From a virus: a stretch of DNA of 64,000 nt. The notes under the pieces were generated by a model. It was not told the DNA's origin. It made no database searches and saw nothing but the letters and a program-made list of their open reading frames with translations. A program made the translations under genes and the position numbers. Below, piece by piece: positions 50,896 through 60,347 of this stretch. The stretch lies in IMG/VR virus record IMGVR_UViG_3300045588_000033, positions 27,511 to 91,510 of that record; one strand, given 5' to 3'. Each line of letters starts with the position of its first letter. Within the stretch, counting starts at the first letter, position 1.

Positions 50896-51192
50896 TTAAG
50901 TTAAATCCCTAATTTCTTGGCGTATTTCTGCCTCTTTTACTGTCTTTCTTTTCTGCCAAGTAGCGCCTCTTAGATGAGGATGTTCCTCTTGTACTTTACG
51001 AGAAGCTCTGCCAAAAGAATCCATATAAGGTATAACTCTTTTCTCCATATCTTTTAGAAACTCCTTAGTTGGCTTATTAATATCGTATCCTATCTCTTGT
51101 AGATAGTTATAATATAACCTCTCATTAGAATCTCGTAAAGCTGGATGAGCAGTTAACTTAGCTTTTACCCAAATATACTTGTCTTTTATCAT
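50896..51192 (-). CDS. Hypothetical protein
   Basis: LRDSNERL...RASRKVQEEHPHLRG small phage protein. Confidence 0.6.
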   Translation of the reverse strand: MIKDKYIWVKAKLTAHPALRDSNERLYYNYLQEIGYDINKPTKEFLKDMEKRVIPYMDSFGRASRKVQEEHPHLRGATWQKRKTVKEAEIRQEIRDLT

Positions 51193-52262
51193 AAGTTCTT
51201 GTTTTTATAATATTCATCAATCTTTTTAAGCTCTTCGGGCTTTCCGTTTAACTCGTCCGCTTTGGGTAATTGATAATATCCTCCATACTCGCCAATAAAC
51301 AGGAAGCTAATATTTAGTTGTGCTTGTCCATCCCGATTTTTCAGAATCTTAGCTAACCTATATCTGTCCCTAAATTTACCGATGTCGTATCCAAGACATT
51401 TCTCTACTCCTAAATAAAAAGGACTTGCTAGACCTATAATAGTATTTGAATCCTCTGCTACATTGCCTGTATTTTTAATATCGCTGAGCATTGGCATCCA
51501 ACTATCTCCATCTCTTCTGTCCATTTGTTCAGAGCCCCTATTTATTTGGGATATTACTACTGGACTAAAGTTAAATTTATTCCTAAAGAACACTAAAGTC
51601 TTAGAGATTTTGTCAATAGCTTCTTTTAAACTAGAGTATTTACCAAGATCTACTAAACCAATATGATCAATAATTATTAAGGTAATTAAAGAAGGATTAT
51701 TAGGAATATAATCAATGATAAAATCATTGTCATCACGTATTACTGTACCTCTTTTTTCAGCATACCCCATTAAGTCTTTATATAAGAAATCAGGATTTAA
51801 ATTACTTCTATAAAATAGATACTTATCCTGAATCTCATTCATTTTTACCTCATATTCCCCTATTAACAACTCTACTTCAGGTGATATTTCCATGTCACCC
51901 TTAGATTTAATTTCATCAATAGAAGTTAGTATCCCATGGTTCTTCCAGATTAAAGAAGCAATATGCTTAGCAATCTGATCTTGCGGAGGAATCTCTAAAG
52001 AATAATAGATAATCTCTAAATCGTGCACATACCCAGGATTATTCTGAAGATATTCTATAGCACCATAAACATAAGTGCTATTTACAAATGCAGTTTTACC
52101 GATAGAAGTACCTGCAAAGATTAGATCATATCTACCTTGTTGAATATTTTTAATATGCTTACTAAGAGTAGTAAATCCACTAAAGGGAATACCCGTGTTT
52201 AGTCCTAACTTACCCCTGGCAATCTCTTCCTTGAGTTTATCCCAATATTTTATTTTTGCCAT
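51189..52262 (-). CDS. dnaB: DnaB-like replicative helicase
   Basis: AGTSIGKT, YSLEI, IIIDHIGL, ISQINR, LKNRDG motifs. Confidence 0.85.
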   Translation of the reverse strand: MAKIKYWDKLKEEIARGKLGLNTGIPFSGFTTLSKHIKNIQQGRYDLIFAGTSIGKTAFVNSTYVYGAIEYLQNNPGYVHDLEIIYYSLEIPPQDQIAKHIASLIWKNHGILTSIDEIKSKGDMEISPEVELLIGEYEVKMNEIQDKYLFYRSNLNPDFLYKDLMGYAEKRGTVIRDDNDFIIDYIPNNPSLITLIIIDHIGLVDLGKYSSLKEAIDKISKTLVFFRNKFNFSPVVISQINRGSEQMDRRDGDSWMPMLSDIKNTGNVAEDSNTIIGLASPFYLGVEKCLGYDIGKFRDRYRLAKILKNRDGQAQLNISFLFIGEYGGYYQLPKADELNGKPEELKKIDEYYKNKNL

Positions 52263-52281
52263 AATTTTTATTTGTTTAAAT

Positions 52282-52860
52282 TTAAATAGTTGTGCTATTC
52301 CACTCCTCTTCCTCCTTTCCGCTTTCTTGAATAAATACTTCCCATTGTTCCCAAGAACTGTTGTTTAATACAGTTTCCATATTCTGCAAAAATTCTAACT
52401 TACCACTAGACTTCTGTTTAGCCACATAAGCACTAATACTTGCTATAGCCTTAAGATGACTCTCATTAGTTTTAACACGCATTAGATATTTCTTCTCATG
52501 CTTTAATGCTAACTGTGAAGTAGGGCCCGATGCACGCAATACTCTAGAGCCAACTTTTACAGGATAACAATTATAAAATTCCCAGAAATTAATATTAGCA
52601 TCCGTTTTAATTCCCAATAAATCTGCAACATTTTCTCTGCTAATAAGAGTTTCCATGAATTTTATATTGCTACCTGTAGTATTTAATATGTACGGAGTAC
52701 CTACTAAACTATCTCTAATAATAATTGCTTCCTTTATGCCGAATAAACTCTTAATCTCATCAAACTTTTGGTTATACATTAACAGCAATAATATTACCTG
52801 ATTAGGTAATAATTGCTTTTCAACCATTTTCTCAATTGTAAGCTCTATCTTCATATCCAT
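52282..52860 (-). CDS. Putative replication initiator/replisome organiser
   Basis: FWEFYNCYP...FLQNMETVLNNSSWE; upstream of DnaB. Confidence 0.5.
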   Translation of the reverse strand: MDMKIELTIEKMVEKQLLPNQVILLLLMYNQKFDEIKSLFGIKEAIIIRDSLVGTPYILNTTGSNIKFMETLISRENVADLLGIKTDANINFWEFYNCYPVKVGSRVLRASGPTSQLALKHEKKYLMRVKTNESHLKAIASISAYVAKQKSSGKLEFLQNMETVLNNSSWEQWEVFIQESGKEEEEWNSTTI

Positions 52861-53939
52861 TTAATTTTAGTTTTTTCAAATCCTTGTAATGCAGAATTCA
52901 TCCATACTTCGTCTTGAGTGCCTTTAAGATATAGTATATATATCTTGGCTTTAGATTTACCTTGAAGATTCATAGCACGCATTGTTTGCTGAATACAAAG
53001 ACTCTCTACACTTTTCAATTGATTGAACACTGCTATCTTTAAATTAGGAATAGTAATGCCCATAGAAATCATAGAAATAACAGATAATTTATTAATCTTG
53101 CCAGTCTTAAAATCTTCTAAAGAAGACTTATCAGCTTTACTGTGAAAGCATCCATCGCCTATTTGATTGGCAATTTCTTGCCTACCTGTAAATATCAAGC
53201 ACCTACCTTTTATCGAACCTACTATTCCTACAGTAGCATCTAATTTAGCCTTAGAATTATAAATAATTCCTGTTCTTTTAGACATTAAGAATCTTAGATT
53301 TTTGTACCTACCCTTGTGTACAGCCGTTTTATAAGCAGTATCCCAATAATTATAAGCATCTCTTTCTGTTTGATAAAAAGGCGCAGCCTCTGACCCTCCT
53401 AATACATATTTTTCAGTATTATCCAAGTCTACAGCGACACAAATTATTTCATAATCTGCAATAATTTTGTCCTTGATAGCTTGCTCGAAAGTATATGTGA
53501 AGAAGGGAGCTAAGGTAAGAATATTATTTAAATTAAACTCATCTTGTTGTGTTAAAGTTCCAGTTAATCCTAAAATTCTACTACCTTTTATTTGATGTAG
53601 GCGCAATTGTGCAAGTACCTTTAGATTATAACTATGACACTCATCAGCAATAATTAGATGATAAGCACCAGCATTCATTTTCTTCAAGCTATTGCTCCAT
53701 ACATATTCTACATCAATGTTATCTACAAGATTCCATTTAACAACTTCTACCTTCCAATCCTCTAAAATAGACAATTGAGGTGCCACAATTAACACCTTAA
53801 TTGCCTTATCCACAGTATTTAAAGCATCAATCGTTATTTTGCATTTACCTACCCTGGGACTAACAAAAAGAATACCATTGAATTTATTCTTTACTGCCTC
53901 TAAAGTAGCTTCTTTTTGTATTTTTTCCCTTTTCGTCAT
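52851..53939 (-). CDS. Superfamily 2 helicase
   Basis: PRVGK, DECH, LGLTGT, GITIPNL..QQTMRAM motifs. Confidence 0.8.
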   Translation of the reverse strand: MTKREKIQKEATLEAVKNKFNGILFVSPRVGKCKITIDALNTVDKAIKVLIVAPQLSILEDWKVEVVKWNLVDNIDVEYVWSNSLKKMNAGAYHLIIADECHSYNLKVLAQLRLHQIKGSRILGLTGTLTQQDEFNLNNILTLAPFFTYTFEQAIKDKIIADYEIICVAVDLDNTEKYVLGGSEAAPFYQTERDAYNYWDTAYKTAVHKGRYKNLRFLMSKRTGIIYNSKAKLDATVGIVGSIKGRCLIFTGRQEIANQIGDGCFHSKADKSSLEDFKTGKINKLSVISMISMGITIPNLKIAVFNQLKSVESLCIQQTMRAMNLQGKSKAKIYILYLKGTQDEVWMNSALQGFEKTKIKWI

Positions 53940-54339
53940 CTTTTAATTCTTTTAATTCATACATAATTATACTCTTCCAACCGTCTTTATGATCTGCAGA
54001 AGGTACTCTTTTTGTATAAGTAATAGGATATAAACCTTTTTCTATCCATTCAAGATAATTAGCTTTAACTTCTAAATGCACACTAGTATGACTATCTAAA
54101 TCTAGTAAGCTAAGTATGCTACTATGGTCTCTAGATAATACTCTACCAACTTCTGAATAAGAAATTCCTTTAGCTATTAATTCTAATGCTACTATTCTAC
54201 GTAATTCTACTATATAACTATTCTTATGCAATTTGCAATGTTCAAAATAATCATGTAAATAACTAACACTTTCTAGTAATACTATCTCTGCTTTCAATTT
54301 TACTAATCTTTCTTTAAAAGAAATTTTATCTTTCTTCAT
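53884..54339 (-). CDS. DnaA C-terminal-like HTH protein
   Basis: SYSEVGRVLSRDHSSIL resembles DnaA domain IV (RDHTTV). Confidence 0.6.
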   Translation of the reverse strand: MKKDKISFKERLVKLKAEIVLLESVSYLHDYFEHCKLHKNSYIVELRRIVALELIAKGISYSEVGRVLSRDHSSILSLLDLDSHTSVHLEVKANYLEWIEKGLYPITYTKRVPSADHKDGWKSIIMYELKELKDDEKGKNTKRSYFRGSKE

Positions 54340-54340
54340 C

Positions 54341-54586
54341 TTAATGTTTCCAAGTTTTAGTTATCATCGGTTCTGCTTTTAACTTTACTGTCTTACAAAA
54401 TACTTCACCTGCTTTCTCCATACAATCTTGTAGGACATCAGCCATATCTTGTGCCATCTCTTCTGGACATTCTACTAACCATTCATCATGAACTACATTA
54501 GGTAGTTTTACTTTAAATACTAAATCTTTCTCTACCAAATATCTAAAGAAATAAATACCAGCCAATTTAGTAATGTCTGCACTCGT
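54341..54586 (-). CDS. polA: DNA polymerase family A, exon 2
   Basis: TSADITKLA and motif C VHDE; completes NYPVQG|TSAD. Confidence 0.9.
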   Translation of the reverse strand, partial: TSADITKLAGIYFFRYLVEKDLVFKVKLPNVVHDEWLVECPEEMAQDMADVLQDCMEKAGEVFCKTVKLKAEPMITKTWKH

Positions 54587-54663
54587 CATTTTGTTATCAT
54601 AAGAGCTCTTTATCTCCTATTTCTATAGATTTTTATTCTCTATAGTTCAGACTATATCTTAAT

Positions 54664-55344
54664 CTATTTATAATTTTTTAATATCCAATCCGCAAATAGT
54701 ATTAATTCTTCAGACGTTGCTGAATTTTTCATACTATTAGCCTTTTTTGTAATAATTTGTACATTACTTTTTGTGTATCCTAAATTGTTATCAATTCTAT
54801 CCAAGGAAGGAGTGTGCTCATAATTTCCTTTAATTCCTGATATAAAAGGAATTTTAAGAATAGGACACAAATCAGGAACAACAATATCTTCTTTAGTTAG
54901 AGTAAAAGCTAGATTTTTTTTAACCGCTCTACGTTTAGCATTTGCTAACATAACATTTTTAAAATGTATCCTACTATTTAATTTTTTTTGTTCATTGATT
55001 TTTTTCCTATACTCGAAGTCTACACTCATTCTTTCTTTTTTATTTTGATTAGATTGAACATAATACTTTTTTTGAACTCTAGTAGAATTAGAACATTCTT
55101 TGCACCATGTATGCAGTCCTCCTATATGTCTAGGATTTTTAGCAAAATCTTCAGAATTTTTTATTTTCTTACAATGATTGCATTTTTTTTCTAATAAAGC
55201 GACTTCATACCTTACACTTAGTCTTTTTTCTTTTTCACACATTTTACAATGACCTGTACGGCCATCTAAAGTTTGAGTATGTTTAGGAAATTCTGTTAAT
55301 TCTTTTTGTAATTTACATTTTGTACAAATTTTCATATTGTGCAT
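54664..55344 (-). CDS. Intron-encoded HNH/His-Me-finger endonuclease with tandem CxxC zinc fingers
   Basis: CTKC/CKMC, CNHC/CKEC, then CPIL..PSLDRIDNNLGYTKSNV..AN..K; real start 55344 or 55335; sits in the L8 loop closed by AATCTATTTA/TAAATAGATT. Confidence 0.8.
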   Translation of the reverse strand: MHNMKICTKCKLQKELTEFPKHTQTLDGRTGHCKMCEKEKRLSVRYEVALLEKKCNHCKKIKNSEDFAKNPRHIGGLHTWCKECSNSTRVQKKYYVQSNQNKKERMSVDFEYRKKINEQKKLNSRIHFKNVMLANAKRRAVKKNLAFTLTKEDIVVPDLCPILKIPFISGIKGNYEHTPSLDRIDNNLGYTKSNVQIITKKANSMKNSATSEELILFADWILKNYK

Positions 55345-55360
55345 TTTAGTTATTTCTGCA

Positions 55361-55368
55361 CAAATATA
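55361..55368 (-). promoter_or_regulatory. TATATTTG -7 element inside the intron, upstream of the HNH gene
   Basis: TAnnTTTG 16 nt before ATG 55344. Confidence 0.5.
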
Positions 55369-55542
55369 ATAAAAGTTATTGATATTAATAAATAGATTTC
55401 CCGCTTTCGTGGAAGAATTATTGTCCGTTCTGGACTCACTTCTAGTCGTTGCACCGCTCCTCAAAATTCCTTATGAGGCTTGGCTCAGTATTCCCATTCC
55501 AGGGTTCACTGAATTAACGGGATTTAATCAGGGCAAAAGTTC

Positions 55543-57306
55543 ACCCTGAACAGGATAATTTAAAGACATTCTTTCGATATCTCCCTTTTTCATAAAGTAT
55601 TCTCGTACTTTAGGTTTATAATAATTAAGGAAAGTATGAGAGTTTTTACTCTTTTCTAACTTATAATCATCCCAAAATCCATCTGTTTCGTATATCTCAC
55701 CATGAAGTTTCTTAAATTCCTCAAAGAAAGGAATAAAACATTTTCTACCGCTTATATTATTAAATTGAATATAACCTAATTCTAATGCTCTTTTCTTTTC
55801 TACTTTAAAATAATTAGCTAATCCAGGAAATGCTTTAAAGTAAGCTTTATAAACTTCCTCGCCTTCAGTCATAGATATATTTAGATTCTGCGCAATAGTC
55901 ATTCCTGTTCCACCATAGTTAATAGCAAAACCTGCACCCTTAGCAATCTGTCTTTTACCTTTATGATTATCTTTTATCTCATCTAGACTTAAATCTCCTA
56001 ATTCTGGAAATATCTTCGATGCTATAAAACTATGCATGTCCCCAAGACCTTTAGCATAAAACTCAAGTAAATCCTTATCTAAGGACTTGTTGGCTAATAC
56101 TATTTGTTCTTGACCTGCATAATCACTTACTACTAACATATTACCTTTCTCTGCTTGAAAGCAGCCTCTAGTTCTATTATCACTTGGTATATTCTGCATA
56201 TTAGGCATTTGAGCTATTCCTTTCTTAGGCATGCCCTTTTGACCACTAGATAGTCTGCCAGTGTTCATAATTTGATTATAATTAGTATGCACTCTTCCAG
56301 TTGCACTATTAATATAATTAAACCAGTTTTCACCATAAGTACTAACTTCTTTCTGCGATTCAGTATACTCTATATATGTAGAAATAATAGGATGCTTTTT
56401 CTTTTGCGGGCCTAAAACTTTCTTGTCTATAGAATCTTTCATCAAGCCTGTTTCTTTGTCCTTAGTCAACGTGTCTACACCCAAAGATTGCATAAATGGA
56501 ATAACTTGCTTAGACGATGCCCAATTAAGTTTACATTTAATACCAGAATCAAATAGAGATAATTGATTATCAATAAATTTAGGATAAGTAGCAGAATTAT
56601 CTAGGATAAAATTATCCAAAGTTTCTTGTACCGCTAATAAATCTTTTAAATCATCATCGCATTTACTTCTCCAATCTGTAGGATTCATATACATACCACA
56701 AAACTCGATATATGCCAAGCATACTACGAATTCATTATCTAAAGAAGCAGTTCTTGTTAGGAAATTATTCTCAAGAGCTACTTCTTGCTTTCTTTTAACT
56801 TGATGTAAATACTTAACATCATCGGCAGCATATTTAATAACTCTTGTAGATAAACCTTCTCTATGAATATTACCTCGTATAGTCTTATCTAATTCTATTT
56901 TACAATATCTATATACTACTGCATCTAGAGATCTTCTTACTGTGTCTAAACCTGTTGTTAGAATTCTTTCTACTAAGAAAGTATCGAATATCTTAGTAGA
57001 TACAATGCCATAATACAGCAAGAATCTAAGGTCAAACTTAGCATTATGCATTATTAAAACTTTACGCTCTAGTAAGTCTTTATACAGCACTGGGCTAACA
57101 GTTAAACAATCTACTACATATTGACGTTGTTCGTCGCCTAATTGCATACTTAGTAAATCTTTTGTGAATGGATCCATTCCTCTAGTTTCTGTATCAAAGC
57201 CTATTACATCTAGTGTCTCTAGATACTCCAAAGATTCTTCAACAGTAGCCATAGAATAACCAGCAGCCGTAAATAACGACTGCTGATTAGTTACTAAATA
57301 AATCAT
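55543..57306 (-). CDS. polA: DNA polymerase family A, exon 1 (3'-5' exonuclease plus polymerase)
   Basis: DTET, HNAKFD, YAADD exonuclease motifs; TGRLSS, DYAGQE motif A, RQIAKGAGFAINYG motif B. Confidence 0.95.
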
Positions 57307-57315
57307 TAAAGAATA

Positions 57316-57504
57316 TTAAATTTTGCCCTGTAAAGTAATATATGCCTTTGCAAAACGCAAACGACCATATACACAAAGACTGCCATTCTTTTGAACAGCT
57401 ACTTGATAAGTTTGTTTAGCCCAGAATTTCCAAGCAGGATTTTTAGTACTTACCAACACGATAAATTTACCGTTTTCTTCTACAATTTTAAATAATTTGT
57501 TCAT
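57316..57504 (-). CDS. Hypothetical protein
   Basis: 62-aa ORF with an A-rich upstream region. Confidence 0.5.
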   Translation of the reverse strand: MNKLFKIVEENGKFIVLVSTKNPAWKFWAKQTYQVAVQKNGSLCVYGRLRFAKAYITLQGKI

Positions 57505-57519
57505 GTTTTTGATTTTTGT

Positions 57520-57720
57520 TTATTGATTATTTACTACACTTTTTGTGCTTATAATTAATCCCTCGTGGATTATTTTATTTAATACTTGAGTTTGTGAATC
57601 TATAATAGTAGATTCTATACCTCCGCTTTTAGACATCATAGCTAGTGCTGCTCTGTCTAAATCATCTTCAGGTGTTAAAACAATCTGAAGAGTTCCATTT
57701 TTTATTATTTCTGCTTTCAT
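57520..57720 (-). CDS. Hypothetical protein
   Basis: 66-aa ORF. Confidence 0.5.
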   Translation of the reverse strand: MKAEIIKNGTLQIVLTPEDDLDRAALAMMSKSGGIESTIIDSQTQVLNKIIHEGLIISTKSVVNNQ

Positions 57721-57729
57721 AATTTTTAA

Positions 57730-57834
57730 TTAAAATTCATTTTTATCTAAATCGTCATAGATGCTTTTTGCAAAGCCAATTAAAATAACTCCACAAATTA
57801 AAATGCAGAGTATGCTGATTACTATTAATGCCAT
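57730..57834 (-). CDS. Small membrane protein (34 aa, not in ORF track)
   Basis: Hand translation MALIVISILCILICGVILIGFAKSIYDDLDKNEF; fills the gap between neighbours. Confidence 0.45.
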   Translation of the reverse strand: MALIVISILCILICGVILIGFAKSIYDDLDKNEF

Positions 57835-57836
57835 GT

Positions 57837-58052
57837 TTAACTATTTAAAGATTTTAAATCATGTTCCTTCATAGAACACACTAACTCTACTTCTGTATCA
57901 GCGGGTAAATGAAATATCTCTCCTTTATCATCTTCACACACAGAATACATTCCGTCTGTATAAAAAAAGTTAAATTCACCTACAGGTTTATCATTCATTT
58001 CTAAACCTTCAATTTTTACTCTAGAATATCTAGGTATATCGTATAATTTCAT
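57837..58052 (-). CDS. Hypothetical protein
   Basis: MKLYDIPR..DGMYSVC..HLPADTEV small phage protein. Confidence 0.55.
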   Translation of the reverse strand: MKLYDIPRYSRVKIEGLEMNDKPVGEFNFFYTDGMYSVCEDDKGEIFHLPADTEVELVCSMKEHDLKSLNS

Positions 58053-58077
58053 ACTTTATTTTTAATAAATTAATAAC

Positions 58078-58443
58078 TTATTCGAAGTAATACTTAACAC
58101 AAAAAAGATCGTAAACTACTACAAATATATTGTCTTCATCTTCATTATACTTTATGATTATAGCACACTCTTCCCCTTCATCATCAGTTGCACTCCATAT
58201 ACCTTCTTTACTATCACTACTTTCTAGTTTAATTATTTCATATACAGAATTATTTTTATCTGTAGAGAAAATATAACCATTTTGAATAGTAAAGGTAATA
58301 TCAGCTTTTACAGCTGTTTCCCAATTGTATTTAGCTGTGCCTTCATTCCAGTAACCTATTTGTGCTGCATAAGTGTTTATAACACTTTGAGAAAAACTGT
58401 TTACAGTAAACAATAAAACCACTATTAATAATAACTTCTTCAT
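58078..58443 (-). CDS. Exported protein with a Bacteroidota-type signal peptide
   Basis: MKKLLLIVVLLFTVNSFS-Q signal peptide with Gln at +1. Confidence 0.6.
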   Translation of the reverse strand: MKKLLLIVVLLFTVNSFSQSVINTYAAQIGYWNEGTAKYNWETAVKADITFTIQNGYIFSTDKNNSVYEIIKLESSDSKEGIWSATDDEGEECAIIIKYNEDEDNIFVVVYDLFCVKYYFE

Positions 58444-58655
58444 AATTTTTCTTCTATTTCTGTTTGTACTTCTAGCCAGTAAGTCCTAGCATTATAATCT
58501 TCTGGATCTAGTACTTCCAATACATATTTAACTACAACCAGTGCACATAACTTAGCTGTTGGATATTCAATCCATGTATAATCGTTCATCTTATCACTTT
58601 GCAAGCCATAAAACTCATCCACTAATGCGACAGCTTGTTCTTTTATACTCATCAT
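58440..58655 (-). CDS. Hypothetical protein, paralog of 58652-58834
   Basis: AKLCALVVV..YWLEVQTEIEEKL; start corrected to the ATGA overlap at 58655. Confidence 0.55.
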   Translation of the reverse strand: MMSIKEQAVALVDEFYGLQSDKMNDYTWIEYPTAKLCALVVVKYVLEVLDPEDYNARTYWLEVQTEIEEKL

Positions 58656-58834
58656 AACTTTTTTAGTTCTGATCTTACTTCCAACCAAAACTCAGTACCT
58701 CTATCCGCACCCATGTAGCCTAATATTTCATCTATTGCAATTAGTGCGCATTGTTTAGCTGTATCAGGGTCAATATCCCATCTTACATTTGTGTACTTTT
58801 CTACTAACTCAAATGCTTTTGAATATGCTGTCAT
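58652..58834 (-). CDS. Hypothetical protein, paralog of 58440-58655
   Basis: AKQCALIAIDEIL..FWLEVRSELKKL. Confidence 0.55.
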   Translation of the reverse strand: MTAYSKAFELVEKYTNVRWDIDPDTAKQCALIAIDEILGYMGADRGTEFWLEVRSELKKL

Positions 58835-59307
58835 AACTTATGTTCTTTTAAATAAAGTTCAATAACTCTTATGGTCTTAGCTAAATCCTCATGGAAATAT
58901 CCTTTCTTCCTGCATCTTACGAGCCTTTTAATGCAATCAAATTCCCATGAATTAAGATCATGTTGTTCTGCAAATAGATAAAGACTACCGTTAGAATTAT
59001 CGTAATGATTATCTTTTTTAGCAACATTTTGAGCCTCTTCTTTAAGTCTATATCCATCTTTCAACATCATATAATTTTTAGCTCTTTCTTTTTGCCCTGC
59101 CTTTATTTTAGATATAGTAGCGTCATCTGCAAAATCTTTCTTTGGTACAGCAAGCTCATTACCGTAACCATCAAATACTAAATAATCCCCATCAAATTCT
59201 CTAATAAGATTATAGTATGTTCCATAGTTTAATGAGCCAAAGGCTTTGCCCACATACAATACTTTATCTGTTAAGTATAGTTTTTCTATTTGTTTTCCTG
59301 TTTCCAT
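58831..59307 (-). CDS. DUF3310-like protein
   Basis: C-terminal NHY...IKRLVRCRKKG..EDLAK. Confidence 0.55.
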   Translation of the reverse strand: METGKQIEKLYLTDKVLYVGKAFGSLNYGTYYNLIREFDGDYLVFDGYGNELAVPKKDFADDATISKIKAGQKERAKNYMMLKDGYRLKEEAQNVAKKDNHYDNSNGSLYLFAEQHDLNSWEFDCIKRLVRCRKKGYFHEDLAKTIRVIELYLKEHKL

Positions 59308-59312
59308 TTTAT

Positions 59313-60347
59313 TTATTTTTTTCTTGTAACTGTTAATACTCCATCATCCAATGTCCAATCATAATCAGTATTTAAAAAGAATGAACTTTTATACTTATCT
59401 GTAGAAGGTAATCCAATAAAAGAGTCATATCCTGATTTATTACTTTCTCCAAATACAGAAATTCCATCAACTTTAAAATTAATATCATCTGACTTAAAAT
59501 TTAATTCTTCAGCCTGTTTACCAAATATATTTGCAAGTACTGCTGTCTGACTAAGACTAGCTGCTTTAAACATTTCACTTACTTCTGTTTGAGTAAACTC
59601 AATAGTATTTCCAAATGGATTTCTTCTTGAATATTTAAGAATTGTTTCTTTCCATTCACTACATGCTACATCATAAATCTTTTGTAATTGTTCTCTTGTA
59701 ATTGTGTAATTTTTCATTGTTTCTTTTGTTTTAGTTTCTGTTCCATTTACTATTTCATCCCATTCTTCTAGTGATAAGATTGTGTCAAAAGCATCTTCAG
59801 AAGAATAATTATTTAATTCTTCATATATACTAATACCATAATATGGCCAATCTAAAGACTTACCAACAACACTCGCATTAAATTTTTTATTCAACCATTT
59901 AATATACTTGTCCCATAACTCTTGATTAGTATTTGTACAAGCAAAGGACTTTGGTAGTTTTTTTACTAATATTAGATCACATTCATATACACCCCGATCA
60001 TCTTTAGGGAAATATATATGCTCACACTTACCTTTCTGAATGAAATCCACTATAAATTTTTTACCTGGTTTATATCCAAGGGCATGTGATTTGATTGCTG
60101 CTCCATTTTCAACACATTGTACTCTATCTCCTATTTTAAATTTTTTCATAACTTCTTTAACTAAGTGTTTCTCAATTTGATCTACTGGATAGTTCCAAGA
60201 AGCAGTAGCAAATTCAATTCTAACTCTTTTTAATACTGCACTTACACTAATAATTTCTCCTATTTCACCAATATGTTTATCCATTGATTCATTATAGTCA
60301 CCTTCAAACTTAAAACCTCTTACTTTTTTTCCTACTAAATCTTCCAT
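59313..60347 (-). CDS. Multi-module hypothetical protein
   Basis: Start corrected to the TAATG overlap at 60347; internal module starts MKKFKIGDRV and MKNYTITREQ. Confidence 0.55.
   Translation of the reverse strand: MEDLVGKKVRGFKFEGDYNESMDKHIGEIGEIISVSAVLKRVRIEFATASWNYPVDQIEKHLVKEVMKKFKIGDRVQCVENGAAIKSHALGYKPGKKFIVDFIQKGKCEHIYFPKDDRGVYECDLILVKKLPKSFACTNTNQELWDKYIKWLNKKFNASVVGKSLDWPYYGISIYEELNNYSSEDAFDTILSLEEWDEIVNGTETKTKETMKNYTITREQLQKIYDVACSEWKETILKYSRRNPFGNTIEFTQTEVSEMFKAASLSQTAVLANIFGKQAEELNFKSDDINFKVDGISVFGESNKSGYDSFIGLPSTDKYKSSFFLNTDYDWTLDDGVLTVTRKK

Larger units (their letters stand above)
54587..55542 (-). ncRNA. Group I intron in polA
   Basis: P1 CAGGGT|GAACTTTT-GCCCTG with U.G pair; P AATTCAGTGAA, Q AATACTGAGC, R GCAACGACTA, S AAGATATAGTCTGA; P3 TCCCGTT/AGCGGGA; terminal G. 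Confidence 0.9.

Noticed and set aside
54341-54589. polA and MoxR fragments as pseudogenes, frameshifts or inteins
   Set aside because: In-frame stops are present with complete group I cores and U|...G splice sites; the apparent ATG starts of exon 2 are intron 3' ends; there are no intein C/S...HN motifs
55345-55464. N-terminal extension MRSGATT... of the intron HNH ORF
   Set aside because: It overlaps ribozyme core elements (R, P3) and lies upstream of the internal promoter; the real start is 55344 or 55335
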